In this document: positions 1-8,788 of the stretch, one piece after another
How the letters are laid out: each line of letters begins with the position of its first letter
Numbering within the stretch: the first letter of the stretch is position 1
Source of the DNA: a virus
Lineage: Duplodnaviria; Heunggongvirae; Uroviricota; Caudoviricetes
Reading direction: 5' to 3' (one strand)
Virus record (IMG/VR): IMGVR_UViG_3300028832_000001
Coordinates: 164,007 to 228,006 of that record
DNA length: 64,000 bases
Program-made: the position numbers and the translations under genes
Notes under the pieces: model-generated
Told to the model about the DNA's origin: nothing
What the model saw: only the letters and a program-made list of their open reading frames with translations
Database searches by the model: none

Positions 1-1
1 G

Positions 2-856
2 TCCAAGTCTAAGAACAGTGTCCCAGAAAGCCTTTCCAGAACCGTTCTTATTAAGTTCCCTAGTCCTAGAGCATACACCGATTCTCTTAGATTCCACATT
101 GCGATGGAAAATCTTATCGAACCAACTTGGTTCAACCTTTTCAGAGAAAACAGTAATGTTTTGACCTTCGAGTTTTTCAGTCTTAACCCATTTCTTACCC
201 TTGTATTGTTCAAACATCTTGGTGTAAACCTTTTGGACGTTTTCTTCATCAGACTTTCCAGGGTTAGTTGGATCCCAAGTTTCAGAAACGTTATGACGCT
301 TTCTCCAATTACGATACCAAGTATATCTCATAAGTTTGCGAACAAACCAGTTATCCTTTTTACCAGTATTAAGACCAGCTTCTTCTTCATCTTGAACAAT
401 TTCAGTGATACCAAATTGAAGAGTATAATCCTTACCAACCTTTGCATCAGTAATGCCAAGGTCAGATGGCTTGAAAAGAATACCTTGAGAAATAACTCCA
501 AACTTTCCGAGCTTCATACTCTTGATTTTGAACTTCTTATCTCTGAGAAATTCAAAATATGGGTACTTAGAAGATTCTTGAATTGCCTTCAAAGCAGCTT
601 CAATTTCTTCCTTTGTAGCATCTGCTAATTCTCGACCTTCCTTGATAGCAGTATATTTAGCACGAAGTTCATCAGACAAACCATCTGGAAGCAACGAGTC
701 AATTTCGACATACATTGCCAAATCACCAGGCTGATATTCACCTTTCTTAACGACTACGGTATAATCCATAACTGTAGCAAGTTCAATTCTGTCCGCCCCA
801 GGAATCTCTCGGATATCCTTAATTCTTACAATATATGCTAATGGTTTTCCAAACAT
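2..856 (-). CDS. RNA ligase (DRB0094/Rnl5-like family), runs off the left edge
   Basis: Not in the ORF track (no stop in window). Hand translation from ATG 856: MFGKPLAYIVRIKDIREIPGADRIELATVMDYTVVVKKGEYQPGDLAMYVEIDSLLP, the typical N-terminus; in-frame TEKLEG nucleotidyltransferase motif I at 164-181. Confidence 0.8.
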   Translation of the reverse strand, partial: MFGKPLAYIVRIKDIREIPGADRIELATVMDYTVVVKKGEYQPGDLAMYVEIDSLLPDGLSDELRAKYTAIKEGRELADATKEEIEAALKAIQESSKYPYFEFLRDKKFKIKSMKLGKFGVISQGILFKPSDLGITDAKVGKDYTLQFGITEIVQDEEEAGLNTGKKDNWFVRKLMRYTWYRNWRKRHNVSETWDPTNPGKSDEENVQKVYTKMFEQYKGKKWVKTEKLEGQNITVFSEKVEPSWFDKIFHRNVESKRIGVCSRTRELNKNGSGKAFWDTVLRLG

Positions 857-882
857 TTTATTATTACCTCTTTGTTGATTAC

Positions 883-911
883 AATATAGAAAAAGGGGTG
901 ACTTTCGTCAA
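883..911 (-). promoter_or_regulatory. sigma70-type promoter TTGACG-N17-TATATT embedded in a GAAA-loop terminator hairpin
   Basis: Motif and spacing read directly. Confidence 0.8.
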
Positions 912-939
912 CCCCCTACACATGATTAAAGGATAATCT

Positions 940-1170
940 TTAATATATAGCTTTGAATTTTTCAAGCATTTCTTCAACATCCATTCTGAATTTTACAGAA
1001 CAACCAAGTGGAATAGTATCAATTACTGACTTTTTCCAAACATTAATTGTCGCATCGAATTCTTCAGGATCATGAAGTTCTGGTGCATCGTCGAGTTCAT
1101 ATGCAATACTGTCGACTAATTCTTGAATTTTGTTAAACTTTTCTTTTACTGTATTTTCAACTGCAATCAT
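940..1170 (-). CDS. hypothetical protein
   Basis: 76-aa ORF in packed minus-strand run. Confidence 0.7.
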   Translation of the reverse strand: MIAVENTVKEKFNKIQELVDSIAYELDDAPELHDPEEFDATINVWKKSVIDTIPLGCSVKFRMDVEEMLEKFKAIY

Positions 1171-1438
1171 TTATTTCCTTTATGTTATTGGTTAGGAGTT
1201 CATGATTATTAGCAAGAATAGTATACTCAGCTGCATGGACAAACATATCAGTTTCATATTTTTCATCTATGTCCACCTTAGAAGGATCATAGTCTGAAAC
1301 TACTCCCCTACTACAGAACTCCATAAAACCTAATATTTTATAACGTTTGTCTATAATATAGAAATTTATTACATGGGCGTTGATGACCCTAGTAATTTTT
1401 TTCAAAATTTTCACTTTCTTGCTAAAAAGAAAAGACAT
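1157..1438 (-). CDS. hypothetical protein
   Basis: 93-aa ORF, TAATG coupling to upstream gene. Confidence 0.6.
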   Translation of the reverse strand: MSFLFSKKVKILKKITRVINAHVINFYIIDKRYKILGFMEFCSRGVVSDYDPSKVDIDEKYETDMFVHAAEYTILANNHELLTNNIKEINDCS

Positions 1439-1611
1439 TATTTAAGTTTCCTTGCATACTTTTCACATTTTTCTGCAATATTTTCCCATTTATCACGCAT
1501 TTCACAATTATATGACCAATTTTCATAATAGCAATCAGCATTATGGTCAAAAATATTGGCAATATAACGTGCCATCTTTGCACGAGAAATGTATAATTCG
1601 TATTTAGACAT
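1438..1611 (-). CDS. hypothetical protein
   Basis: Likely start MSKYEL at 1611 overlapping upstream stop. Confidence 0.6.
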   Translation of the reverse strand: MSKYELYISRAKMARYIANIFDHNADCYYENWSYNCEMRDKWENIAEKCEKYARKLK

Positions 1612-2029
1612 AATGGTTATAATATTCTTTTTCGATAGTAAGGTCAACTTCTTTTTGAATAATCTTTACATTATCCTTTGTAGGATTTGCAAATCCAACA
1701 GAACCTCCGAGCGGTGACCAGAAAATAACATCATGTTCTCTGGAAATACCTTCATCAGGTTCCATAAATTCTACCTTGTCGATTAGACAAGTTTCAAAAA
1801 GATGATTTCTTGTTCCAATATCAGTAATACCTTCTACAACAGCAGTCTTGATAATCGGCTTTGTAAAATACATGTAAAGCGTAGGAATTCTAAAATCGAT
1901 GGGAAGTTTATTTTCCTTTCTCCAATTCTGAATTGCTGCTCTGATTTCAGAACCAATCATTGCTGTAACAACAGAATGATTCTTTTTCTTTTCATTATTA
2001 TAGATATAAACAGGTGTTTTAACTGACAT
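1604..2029 (-). CDS. hypothetical protein
   Basis: Likely start MSVKTP at 2029 with GGAG RBS downstream of promoter. Confidence 0.7.
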   Translation of the reverse strand: MSVKTPVYIYNNEKKKNHSVVTAMIGSEIRAAIQNWRKENKLPIDFRIPTLYMYFTKPIIKTAVVEGITDIGTRNHLFETCLIDKVEFMEPDEGISREHDVIFWSPLGGSVGFANPTKDNVKIIQKEVDLTIEKEYYNHYV

Positions 2030-2051
2030 AAAATTCTCCAAAATTTTACAA

Positions 2052-2080
2052 AATATAATAAAAAATAGGGTTGTTGTCAA
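2052..2080 (-). promoter_or_regulatory. sigma70-type promoter TTGACA-N17-TATATT inside terminator hairpin TAGGGTTG-acaa-CAACCCTA-T6
   Basis: Perfect 8-bp stem plus T run; -35 lies in stem/loop. Confidence 0.85.
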
Positions 2081-2089
2081 CCCTACTTT

Positions 2090-2407
2090 TTAGTCATTAG
2101 CTAATTCTATAATTTTTTCACGTAATTCGTCAAATGATTTAAAATCAGTTCGATCAATTACACGTTTACAACCGTCACCTAAATGGTCATGAATCATATA
2201 AAGCATTGGTTTTGATAGACCAATAACGAAACGACGTCTAAACATAACCATTTCAAGTCGGTCATCCTTACTGTCTTCATCGACATAAGAATTATAACCA
2301 AATGAATGTCTGAGTTCAAATGTTATTCCGGCTTCAAACAACTCATCAATCAAATTATGCATTTGAGTTTTGAGTGGTTCTGTCCAGTTATCAATTTCTA
2401 AACTCAT
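2090..2407 (-). CDS. hypothetical protein
   Basis: 105-aa ORF in packed run. Confidence 0.7.
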   Translation of the reverse strand: MSLEIDNWTEPLKTQMHNLIDELFEAGITFELRHSFGYNSYVDEDSKDDRLEMVMFRRRFVIGLSKPMLYMIHDHLGDGCKRVIDRTDFKSFDELREKIIELAND

Positions 2408-2408
2408 A

Positions 2409-2612
2409 TTATTCGCCTAAAAGTGTAATACCGCCTTGAGCATTATTATAGCTTACTACAGTACCACCACGATGATCCATAATAACAACATTATTAACAC
2501 CTTCAGCTTTCAAAAGTTCTGCGATAACAGTATTATACTTTCCAGGTTTTTCCTGTTCTACTGACATTTTAAGCAGTGTCGTAATGAGTGAATTAAGTTT
2601 CTTCTCGTCCAT
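2409..2612 (-). CDS. hypothetical protein
   Basis: 67-aa ORF in packed run. Confidence 0.65.
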   Translation of the reverse strand: MDEKKLNSLITTLLKMSVEQEKPGKYNTVIAELLKAEGVNNVVIMDHRGGTVVSYNNAQGGITLLGE

Positions 2613-2613
2613 A

Positions 2614-2814
2614 TTAATCCTTATTTAAATGTTCTAATAAATTTGATAATACAATTCTAGCTTGTTTCCTATATAATTCTGTGCTGAAGTCATGATATGT
2701 CTCTTCTATCTTATCAAGAAGCTTCATAAATTTAGGCATTTTCATAGAATCACTATTTAATGATTGTGTTTCTATTTCAACTTTAGTTTTAGGAGCACTT
2801 CGCCAATTAAGCAT
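2614..2814 (-). CDS. hypothetical protein
   Basis: 66-aa ORF with AGG RBS after promoter. Confidence 0.65.
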   Translation of the reverse strand: MLNWRSAPKTKVEIETQSLNSDSMKMPKFMKLLDKIEETYHDFSTELYRKQARIVLSNLLEHLNKD

Positions 2815-2838
2815 ACTTTACCTTTATATTTAAAATAA

Positions 2839-2867
2839 AATATAGCAAAATAGTTGTCTGCTGTCAA
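2839..2867 (-). promoter_or_regulatory. sigma70-type promoter TTGACA-N17-TATATT
   Basis: Motif and spacing read directly. Confidence 0.8.
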
Positions 2868-2870
2868 CCC

Positions 2871-3704
2871 CTAATTTTCAAGGTATCTGAAATGATAATT
2901 ATTTGTCTGCTTATATTTGCCATTACAACACCAAATAATACAATGTTTATTTAAATTCATTTGTCTTGCTGCTTCAGAGGCAGATTCAAAAACTTGTTGG
3001 GTCTCAATGCAAAGAACTTGTTTTTTATTTGGTTTTGTTTGTCTACAATAATATTGTTTTAATGTTATATTATGTTCTTTTAAATATTCATCTACCTGCT
3101 GACATGATTCAATAAATTCATTTATATTATCAGATATTTTACAAAATCTATAATTTATCGCATATTTGTCTTGATTAATTATAACATGTCTAATTGAATC
3201 TTTACAAATACCTAATTCTTTTGCCGCTTTACCTATTGATGGATAATATTTGTTCGTTTCATAACAAAATATAACTATTTGATTAGGATCTATTTTATAC
3301 TTATTAATTTCTCTAATATTAATTAATTGTTCTTCTGTTAATTTACGACCAGTATTGGCTTTTCTAATTTTTTCTTTTTGTTCTTCAGACATTATAAAAT
3401 GTCTTCCTAAATTACCATCACCGCCTAAAGTTTTATTATAACCAAAATTTTTATCTGCTGAATTATATAAATTTATCCAAAACTGTTCTCTTTCATTTAA
3501 TAATTCACGTTGACATTCTTCGATAATTTCAAATTCAAAATTATTTGTTCCATATTTTTCAAATGCTCTTGCTAAATGTGGATTTAATTTCGCATTTGGT
3601 GATAATTCTTGTCGCCATCGTCTATTAATGTCATTAGATTGACCAATATAACATTTACCATTAATTTTATTTGTTATTTTATAAATTCCACAAATTTTTG
3701 TCAT
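2871..3704 (-). CDS. free-standing GIY-YIG homing endonuclease with NUMOD3/NUMOD1-like DNA-binding repeats
   Basis: CGIYKITNKINGKCYIGQS...R motif; MSEEQKEKIRKANTG (NUMOD3-like); YPSIGKAAKELG and FESASEAARQM (NUMOD1/IENR1-like). Confidence 0.9.
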   Translation of the reverse strand: MTKICGIYKITNKINGKCYIGQSNDINRRWRQELSPNAKLNPHLARAFEKYGTNNFEFEIIEECQRELLNEREQFWINLYNSADKNFGYNKTLGGDGNLGRHFIMSEEQKEKIRKANTGRKLTEEQLINIREINKYKIDPNQIVIFCYETNKYYPSIGKAAKELGICKDSIRHVIINQDKYAINYRFCKISDNINEFIESCQQVDEYLKEHNITLKQYYCRQTKPNKKQVLCIETQQVFESASEAARQMNLNKHCIIWCCNGKYKQTNNYHFRYLEN

Positions 3705-3718
3705 AAATTACCTAAAAG

Positions 3719-3816
3719 AAAAACGGTTAGAAATCGTTATTGTGGTAGTTACGAAATCTAACCGTTTTTAAAACTTAGATATTTTAATAAGAATAAAACT
3801 ACCACATATTATTCTT
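3719..3816 (-). promoter_or_regulatory. two hairpins with 10-nt complementary loops upstream of the endonuclease
   Basis: Stem 3719-3731/3757-3769 and stem 3789-3796/3809-3816; loop sequences 3741-3750 and 3797-3806 are reverse complements. Confidence 0.6.
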
Positions 3817-3824
3817 TTATAATA

Positions 3825-3832
3825 TATTTATA
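3825..3832 (-). promoter_or_regulatory. T4-like late promoter TATAAATA
   Basis: Exact octamer in intergenic gap, oriented to GIY-YIG gene. Confidence 0.65.
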
Positions 3833-3852
3833 ATTTTATTCTTTTAAAATAA

Positions 3853-4599
3853 TTAAATGCCAAAATTTTCTAAGAAATAATCAGGAAGCTTTGGATTGAA
3901 ATGTTGAATACGTATCGTTTCCAGTTTAAATTTTCCTGCATTATACGCACGAATAATCTTATCGTAATTTGGACCTTGAATACCTTTTCTAATAAGTTCA
4001 TTAACTTCATGATATGTAAAGCCTAACTTTTCTTCGTCAGAAAGTGGTTGAAGCCCATCAATCGGTGTTTTATGCGTAAGTTCATATGGAAGTCCAAGGT
4101 CATCACCAATTTCGATAACTTCTTCCGTGGTTAGCATATCAATCGGTGCAAAGGAACCACAAGTATCTCCCCAAAGCGTAGCATAGGAAACTATATTTTC
4201 GCTGCGATTGCATGTGTTAGCCATTAACCAACCATTAGTTTGTGCTGTTACCATAATCTGATTAGTACGAAGCCTTGCACCAACATTTGTCTTAGCATCA
4301 TAAGACTTGTCTGCACCAGGAACAAGCGCCAAAGATTCCTTGACAAGTGTTTCAATATCTTGAACATCATAACTAATGCCAAGATGATCAACTAATTGAT
4401 AAGAACAAGAAATGTCTTTTTGAATACCACATGGAAGCAATATGCCATGTACATGCTCTTTACCTAATGCTGCTGCACAAATTGCTGCTACTACACTAGA
4501 ATCTTTGCCACCAGAAATACCAAGAACCGCGTCGGTTTTACCTACACGATTAAAAAAATCTGCTGTCCAATCTATCACGTTTTTAGTTAATGTCTTCAT
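3853..4599 (-). CDS. nadE: NH3-dependent NAD+ synthetase
   Basis: VLGISGGKDS PP-loop, NVGARLR, TCNRSE..Y.T.WGD, KTP.DGL; 248 aa, no glutaminase domain. Confidence 0.9.
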   Translation of the reverse strand: MKTLTKNVIDWTADFFNRVGKTDAVLGISGGKDSSVVAAICAAALGKEHVHGILLPCGIQKDISCSYQLVDHLGISYDVQDIETLVKESLALVPGADKSYDAKTNVGARLRTNQIMVTAQTNGWLMANTCNRSENIVSYATLWGDTCGSFAPIDMLTTEEVIEIGDDLGLPYELTHKTPIDGLQPLSDEEKLGFTYHEVNELIRKGIQGPNYDKIIRAYNAGKFKLETIRIQHFNPKLPDYFLENFGI

Positions 4600-4679
4600 A
4601 ATTTTGTCCTTGATTAATTTTAAACTTTTATGTTATCAAAGATAGCAAAGAAAACAAAGCTGAAATGTAAATTTATTTT

Positions 4680-4823
4680 TTACTTTCCCTCTCCCTTTTC
4701 GAACCAACGAAGTTCTCGAAGTTGCTTTCTAATGTCATTAAATGTATTTCTTTCCTTGATAATTACACCTCCAACCAGTGTAATCCCCAAAAGTGCCAAA
4801 ACGGCTTTAAAAAATTTATTCAT
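4680..4823 (-). CDS. small membrane-anchored protein (47 aa)
   Basis: Hand translation MNKFFKAVLALLGITLVGGVIIKERNTF...; AAGGA RBS after promoter. Confidence 0.55.
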   Translation of the reverse strand: MNKFFKAVLALLGITLVGGVIIKERNTFNDIRKQLRELRWFEKGEGK

Positions 4824-4852
4824 AATATATCCTTTTTAAAATGTCTGGCACA

Positions 4853-4881
4853 AATATAGTAAATTTTACTTAAATTGTAAA
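4853..4881 (-). promoter_or_regulatory. sigma70-type promoter TTTACA-N17-TATATT
   Basis: Motif and spacing read directly. Confidence 0.75.
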
Positions 4882-4883
4882 CC

Positions 4884-5285
4884 TTACTTCTTTTTTAATA
4901 ATTCAGTAAATTTATCGGCTAATTTGCCAGCATCTGATTTTTCTCTTTCCTGAAACATCGGATCAACTTTCTTTTTAGGAGGAGTTGATTTTGCTTTAGG
5001 ATAATGTTGTGGAAAATTACCTTTAATTTTTTGTCTTGGATATGATGAGTCACGTGCAGACATAAAGCTATTGAATCTTTTATCAATATCATCAAGATTT
5101 TTTTCAACCTGTTCGATACCAGCTTCTATAGATTTAATAGTTGCATCTACTGAATCTTCAACTCTTGGAATAGTCTTAATCCACTTACCAAATTTTTGAT
5201 CTTGTGGTTCAGGACCAAGAACACGCCAGCCCATGCCTTCCATCATACCTTTTACATCATCTAAATTCATGTATAGATACCTCAT
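4884..5285 (-). CDS. hypothetical protein
   Basis: 133-aa ORF, ATGA overlap. Confidence 0.7.
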   Translation of the reverse strand: MRYLYMNLDDVKGMMEGMGWRVLGPEPQDQKFGKWIKTIPRVEDSVDATIKSIEAGIEQVEKNLDDIDKRFNSFMSARDSSYPRQKIKGNFPQHYPKAKSTPPKKKVDPMFQEREKSDAGKLADKFTELLKKK

Positions 5286-6094
5286 TCTAGTATTTCTTTA
5301 AATACTTTGTAATTAGTATCATCCTTTCCACAATAGACAGCAAATTCAATATTCTTGAAGAAGTATTTTCCGAGTTCCAAAGCTTTTTTATAAGCCTTAG
5401 CTACGATTTCAGGTGGGTTTTTGAATGCTCCACAACCGAATGCGCCAAGAATAATTGTTTCATCACCATGAGATGCAGCTAAGTTAAAAATATGAACTGC
5501 TCTGCGGAAATGAATATTAAACAATTCTTCATCAGTAACGTTTGGTTTTTCACCACGTTCATGGTTGTAAGCGTTTGCAGGTGTTTCACGAAGATTAGGT
5601 GCTGCACAAGTAATTACATCTACAGAGAATGGACGATACAATAAGTTATAATTGTCCGATTTGATAATTTGAATATTGGGTGTGTAAATTGCATCATTGT
5701 TATGAAGTGCATTCCCATATTCTTTATGTGGTTTATAAAAGATTTCGTCAAACTTCGGGTCAGACAAAACATTATAAAGTGTAGAACAACGACAAAGACA
5801 TTCTTCTTGTGCATTAGAACCCTTTGTTACACCGCCACCAGGATTTGTAGCAGAAGCAAAATTGAGAACTGCTACCTTACCAGTATATTTTCTTGCCGCA
5901 TCAAAAGAACTACTCTTAGTAACCTTGACAGTTCCTGGAGTTTTGTTCTCACAGAAAAAGTCAATCGTCATATCATCGGCAAGAAACTCCGAATTTTCAA
6001 TCGAATACTTAATAGAATTCTGTAAGGTTTTATCCTTACTGATTAATTCTTGAGTATGATTAAAAATTTTAATATTTTCTTCTTTACTAGCCAT
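5282..6094 (-). CDS. TIGR02452/DUF2263 microbial PARG-type macrodomain (ADP-ribose glycohydrolase)
   Basis: VLNFASATNPGGG...AQEECLCRCSTLY, IILGAFGCGAFKNPP signature. Confidence 0.85.
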   Translation of the reverse strand: MASKEENIKIFNHTQELISKDKTLQNSIKYSIENSEFLADDMTIDFFCENKTPGTVKVTKSSSFDAARKYTGKVAVLNFASATNPGGGVTKGSNAQEECLCRCSTLYNVLSDPKFDEIFYKPHKEYGNALHNNDAIYTPNIQIIKSDNYNLLYRPFSVDVITCAAPNLRETPANAYNHERGEKPNVTDEELFNIHFRRAVHIFNLAASHGDETIILGAFGCGAFKNPPEIVAKAYKKALELGKYFFKNIEFAVYCGKDDTNYKVFKEILE

Positions 6095-6096
6095 GA

Positions 6097-6378
6097 TTAA
6101 GCCTTAAACATATCATCACACTTCAAGAGCAAACGATCAATCTTGGGCTGGATCATCTTTTGGTTATATGGATCATCGCCAACGATGTCATTCTTGGTCC
6201 AGTGGCAGAGTCTACCGATAATAAGGAACCAGAAGACATTTGCAAGTGGTGACATAAAAATATCAAGCACACTTGGATGAAATGGTACATGGTCCATTTT
6301 ATGGCCAACATAGAGTGCGATAATGCCAGCTGCATACATTGCAATGACAGTGAGAATGATAGTAGTGATTGTAGTCAT
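6097..6378 (-). CDS. hypothetical membrane protein
   Basis: Two hydrophobic segments. Confidence 0.65.
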   Translation of the reverse strand: MTTITTIILTVIAMYAAGIIALYVGHKMDHVPFHPSVLDIFMSPLANVFWFLIIGRLCHWTKNDIVGDDPYNQKMIQPKIDRLLLKCDDMFKA

Positions 6379-6411
6379 GTTTATTTTTCCTTTGGTTATA
6401 GTTTTTTATAA

Positions 6412-6440
6412 AATATAACAAAAAGCAGGGCTGTTGTCAA
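6412..6440 (-). promoter_or_regulatory. sigma70-type promoter TTGACA-N17-TATATT inside terminator hairpin
   Basis: AGCAGGGTTG-acaa-CAGCCCTGCT-T5. Confidence 0.85.
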
Positions 6441-6478
6441 CCCTGCTTAGTGATTTTATTTAGGAGAAATCCTTTTTA

Positions 6479-7129
6479 TTAGACACCCTTGTAAGCTTTG
6501 ACGACTTCTTCGAATTCAGTGTCGAGAGCGACAGTTTCGATAGTCTGAGTGCCCTTACCACCCTTACCGGTGATTTCGGCAATTTCCTGCTTAGCTTCGA
6601 TGTGGAACTGAGTGGTCTTGACTTCGCTTTCGATTTCAGCAATCATAGCGTTGCAATCGATACCGAAATCGCCAATCTTGTTGCGATCGCACATCTTGAG
6701 TGTATCGATCTGGACCTGGAGAGCAGTGAGCTTAGCTTCGATGAGAGCCTTGTTGGTGTCGATGTTCTTGAGAGTGTCGCGAACCTGGACACACTGCTTT
6801 TCTGTGTTCTGCCAAGCAGTTTCGATAGTGTCACGAGCAGTCTTCATGCCCTTGTAAACAATATACTTAATCTTAGCTTCATCGAGCTTGTCAGCAGCGA
6901 TGAGAGATTCGTAGACACGCTTGCTAGTAGCGGTCTTTTCGTCGAGTTCCTCGAACTTGGCCTTGAGTTCCTTAGCGTTGACCAGCATATCTTCAGCCGA
7001 CTTGATATACTGAGCGGCATTCTTATTATACTGATAACGGATTTCCTCAATCTTATCCTTGGTGGAGATGAGGCCTTCGAGACCACGCTGAGCCTTGTGA
7101 GCGAAGATTTTGAAGATATTGAAAGACAT
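6479..7129 (-). CDS. PspA/IM30-like coiled-coil protein
   Basis: 216 aa, all-helical heptad pattern, size and C-terminal D.EFEE motif typical; own promoter; high-expression codon bias. Confidence 0.5.
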   Translation of the reverse strand: MSFNIFKIFAHKAQRGLEGLISTKDKIEEIRYQYNKNAAQYIKSAEDMLVNAKELKAKFEELDEKTATSKRVYESLIAADKLDEAKIKYIVYKGMKTARDTIETAWQNTEKQCVQVRDTLKNIDTNKALIEAKLTALQVQIDTLKMCDRNKIGDFGIDCNAMIAEIESEVKTTQFHIEAKQEIAEITGKGGKGTQTIETVALDTEFEEVVKAYKGV

Positions 7130-7187
7130 AGTTTTGTTTCCTTATGTTAATTGTTGAATTGTTTTATTGTTTTTTGTTTATGTGCAT

Positions 7188-7216
7188 AATATAGTAATTA
7201 TTATCGCACTTGTAAA
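7188..7216 (-). promoter_or_regulatory. sigma70-type promoter TTTACA-N17-TATATT
   Basis: Motif and spacing read directly. Confidence 0.75.
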
Positions 7217-7224
7217 CCCCCTGA

Positions 7225-7668
7225 TTATAAAAATTTTATGCAGGCAACCTTAGTGGGATCTACTTTATATTTAAGGTGCTTGTTGAGACGCTTAATCTCA
7301 TCATTTTTTATATCAGTTAATGCATTATATACTTCTGGAATGCAACATCCGCGAGTACTATGGCAATATTCAACTATCGGTGCGGTTCGAGCATCAAATC
7401 GTTCCGAAAACTCTTTAATATATTCTAGTTCTTCTTCAGATGAATATTGAATTGTATTACCGTAGAAATCTATGGTTCCAATAACCGGATGTTCACGTTC
7501 CTTTAAATAATCATTAAAGTCTTCAATAGTATTTTCTAATACTGTACTAAAAAGAGTTTCATCTACCGGCTTTTCTTTTGTACTATATTTAATAATATTG
7601 CACAAGCAAGCAGCCCTTACTGGATGATCTTCTCTAGGTATTGGTGGTAATGCTGTTCCTGGACCCAT
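7225..7668 (-). CDS. hypothetical protein, paralog of 7681..8214
   Basis: Shared HPVIG/YPIIG and EI.(R/W)LNKH..YK.D motifs. Confidence 0.7.
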   Translation of the reverse strand: MGPGTALPPIPREDHPVRAACLCNIIKYSTKEKPVDETLFSTVLENTIEDFNDYLKEREHPVIGTIDFYGNTIQYSSEEELEYIKEFSERFDARTAPIVEYCHSTRGCCIPEVYNALTDIKNDEIKRLNKHLKYKVDPTKVACIKFL

Positions 7669-7680
7669 ATATTCTCCAAA

Positions 7681-8214
7681 TTACGAATAAAAATAACCGT
7701 CTATATTAAGACATGTATTTTCATTATCTAACTTATAGACAATATGTTTATTTAACCATTCGATTTCTGATGCTTTTAATTTATGAATAGTATTAACAAC
7801 TGAGCTTATATACGTTCCAACTTTATATTCTGGAAGTCGATTGATATGCCACATAAGACTTTCAGCTGCGGTTTTAATAAATGATTTTTCTATTTCAGTT
7901 GTTACTGGAATTTTAACATCAAAAAAATTAGCATAACCGATAATTGGATAATCATGTGGTTTCAATAGTTCATTATACTCATTAAGCAATAAAGGCAAAA
8001 GATTCTTAAAAATACTTTCACCTTCATCACGTCTGGTTACTTTGAAATAACCTTTTCCAGTATGAACTAAACCTTTATAAGTATAATATTTTTCGCCATT
8101 AATACATTCCACCTGCGGATAACCTTTATATTTTGGTTTTTTAGGTTGTGGCGGAGGTGGAACTGGACAAGGTGGATAACCCATACTAACTCCTAATATT
8201 TCTCTATCAATCAT
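7681..8214 (-). CDS. hypothetical protein, paralog of 7225..7668
   Basis: Pro-rich N-terminus, shared motifs. Confidence 0.7.
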   Translation of the reverse strand: MIDREILGVSMGYPPCPVPPPPQPKKPKYKGYPQVECINGEKYYTYKGLVHTGKGYFKVTRRDEGESIFKNLLPLLLNEYNELLKPHDYPIIGYANFFDVKIPVTTEIEKSFIKTAAESLMWHINRLPEYKVGTYISSVVNTIHKLKASEIEWLNKHIVYKLDNENTCLNIDGYFYS

Positions 8215-8788
8215 CTAGTAATTTATTAAATTCATTAATCATTCCTCGTTCAGGAGTTTTTGGTTTATAAATTGTCTTACTTGCAAGGTAATCAATAAAA
8301 TGACCACAAAGATGGAATATACCAATAATAGAAGAAACTACTCCCAAAACGATTAAGCCCGGAATAATGGCAAATGATAAAATTAAAAAACTCCAGTAAC
8401 AAATTCTAAGTTTAATAGATGCTGCAGTTCCATCTTTAATAGTTTGCCAATCATCGACTGGTCTATAATCTGTATCATCTCTTAATAATTTCTGTTTTTC
8501 TTTATATTCCCAACTCCAATCATTATAATTATCAGCAGTAATAGCCATCATAAGAAAAGAAAATGCACAAGAACATAATATTGTTACATATGGCCATATC
8601 ATTCCGTTTCTTTTGAAATAAAACCAAAAATTATTTTGAATAATATTTGTATTTGATTCCAAAATACCGGCGATTGACATGACTACCATGAAACAACAAA
8701 ATATTATTGCAACGCTTTGAAGCAAACACATATACCATTCGCCCCAAGCATCTCCATTTAAAAGTGCCTTATTAATTTTTCTTACCAT
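8207..8788 (-). CDS. multi-pass membrane protein
   Basis: 3-4 hydrophobic helices; C-terminal MINEFNKLL. Confidence 0.7.
   Translation of the reverse strand: MVRKINKALLNGDAWGEWYMCLLQSVAIIFCCFMVVMSIAGILESNTNIIQNNFWFYFKRNGMIWPYVTILCSCAFSFLMMAITADNYNDWSWEYKEKQKLLRDDTDYRPVDDWQTIKDGTAASIKLRICYWSFLILSFAIIPGLIVLGVVSSIIGIFHLCGHFIDYLASKTIYKPKTPERGMINEFNKLLDD

Noticed and set aside
2871-3852. Group I intron hosting the GIY-YIG gene
   Set aside because: nadE ends normally, the downstream gene has its own promoter, and the 150-bp flank is too short for a catalytic core; the endonuclease appears free-standing.
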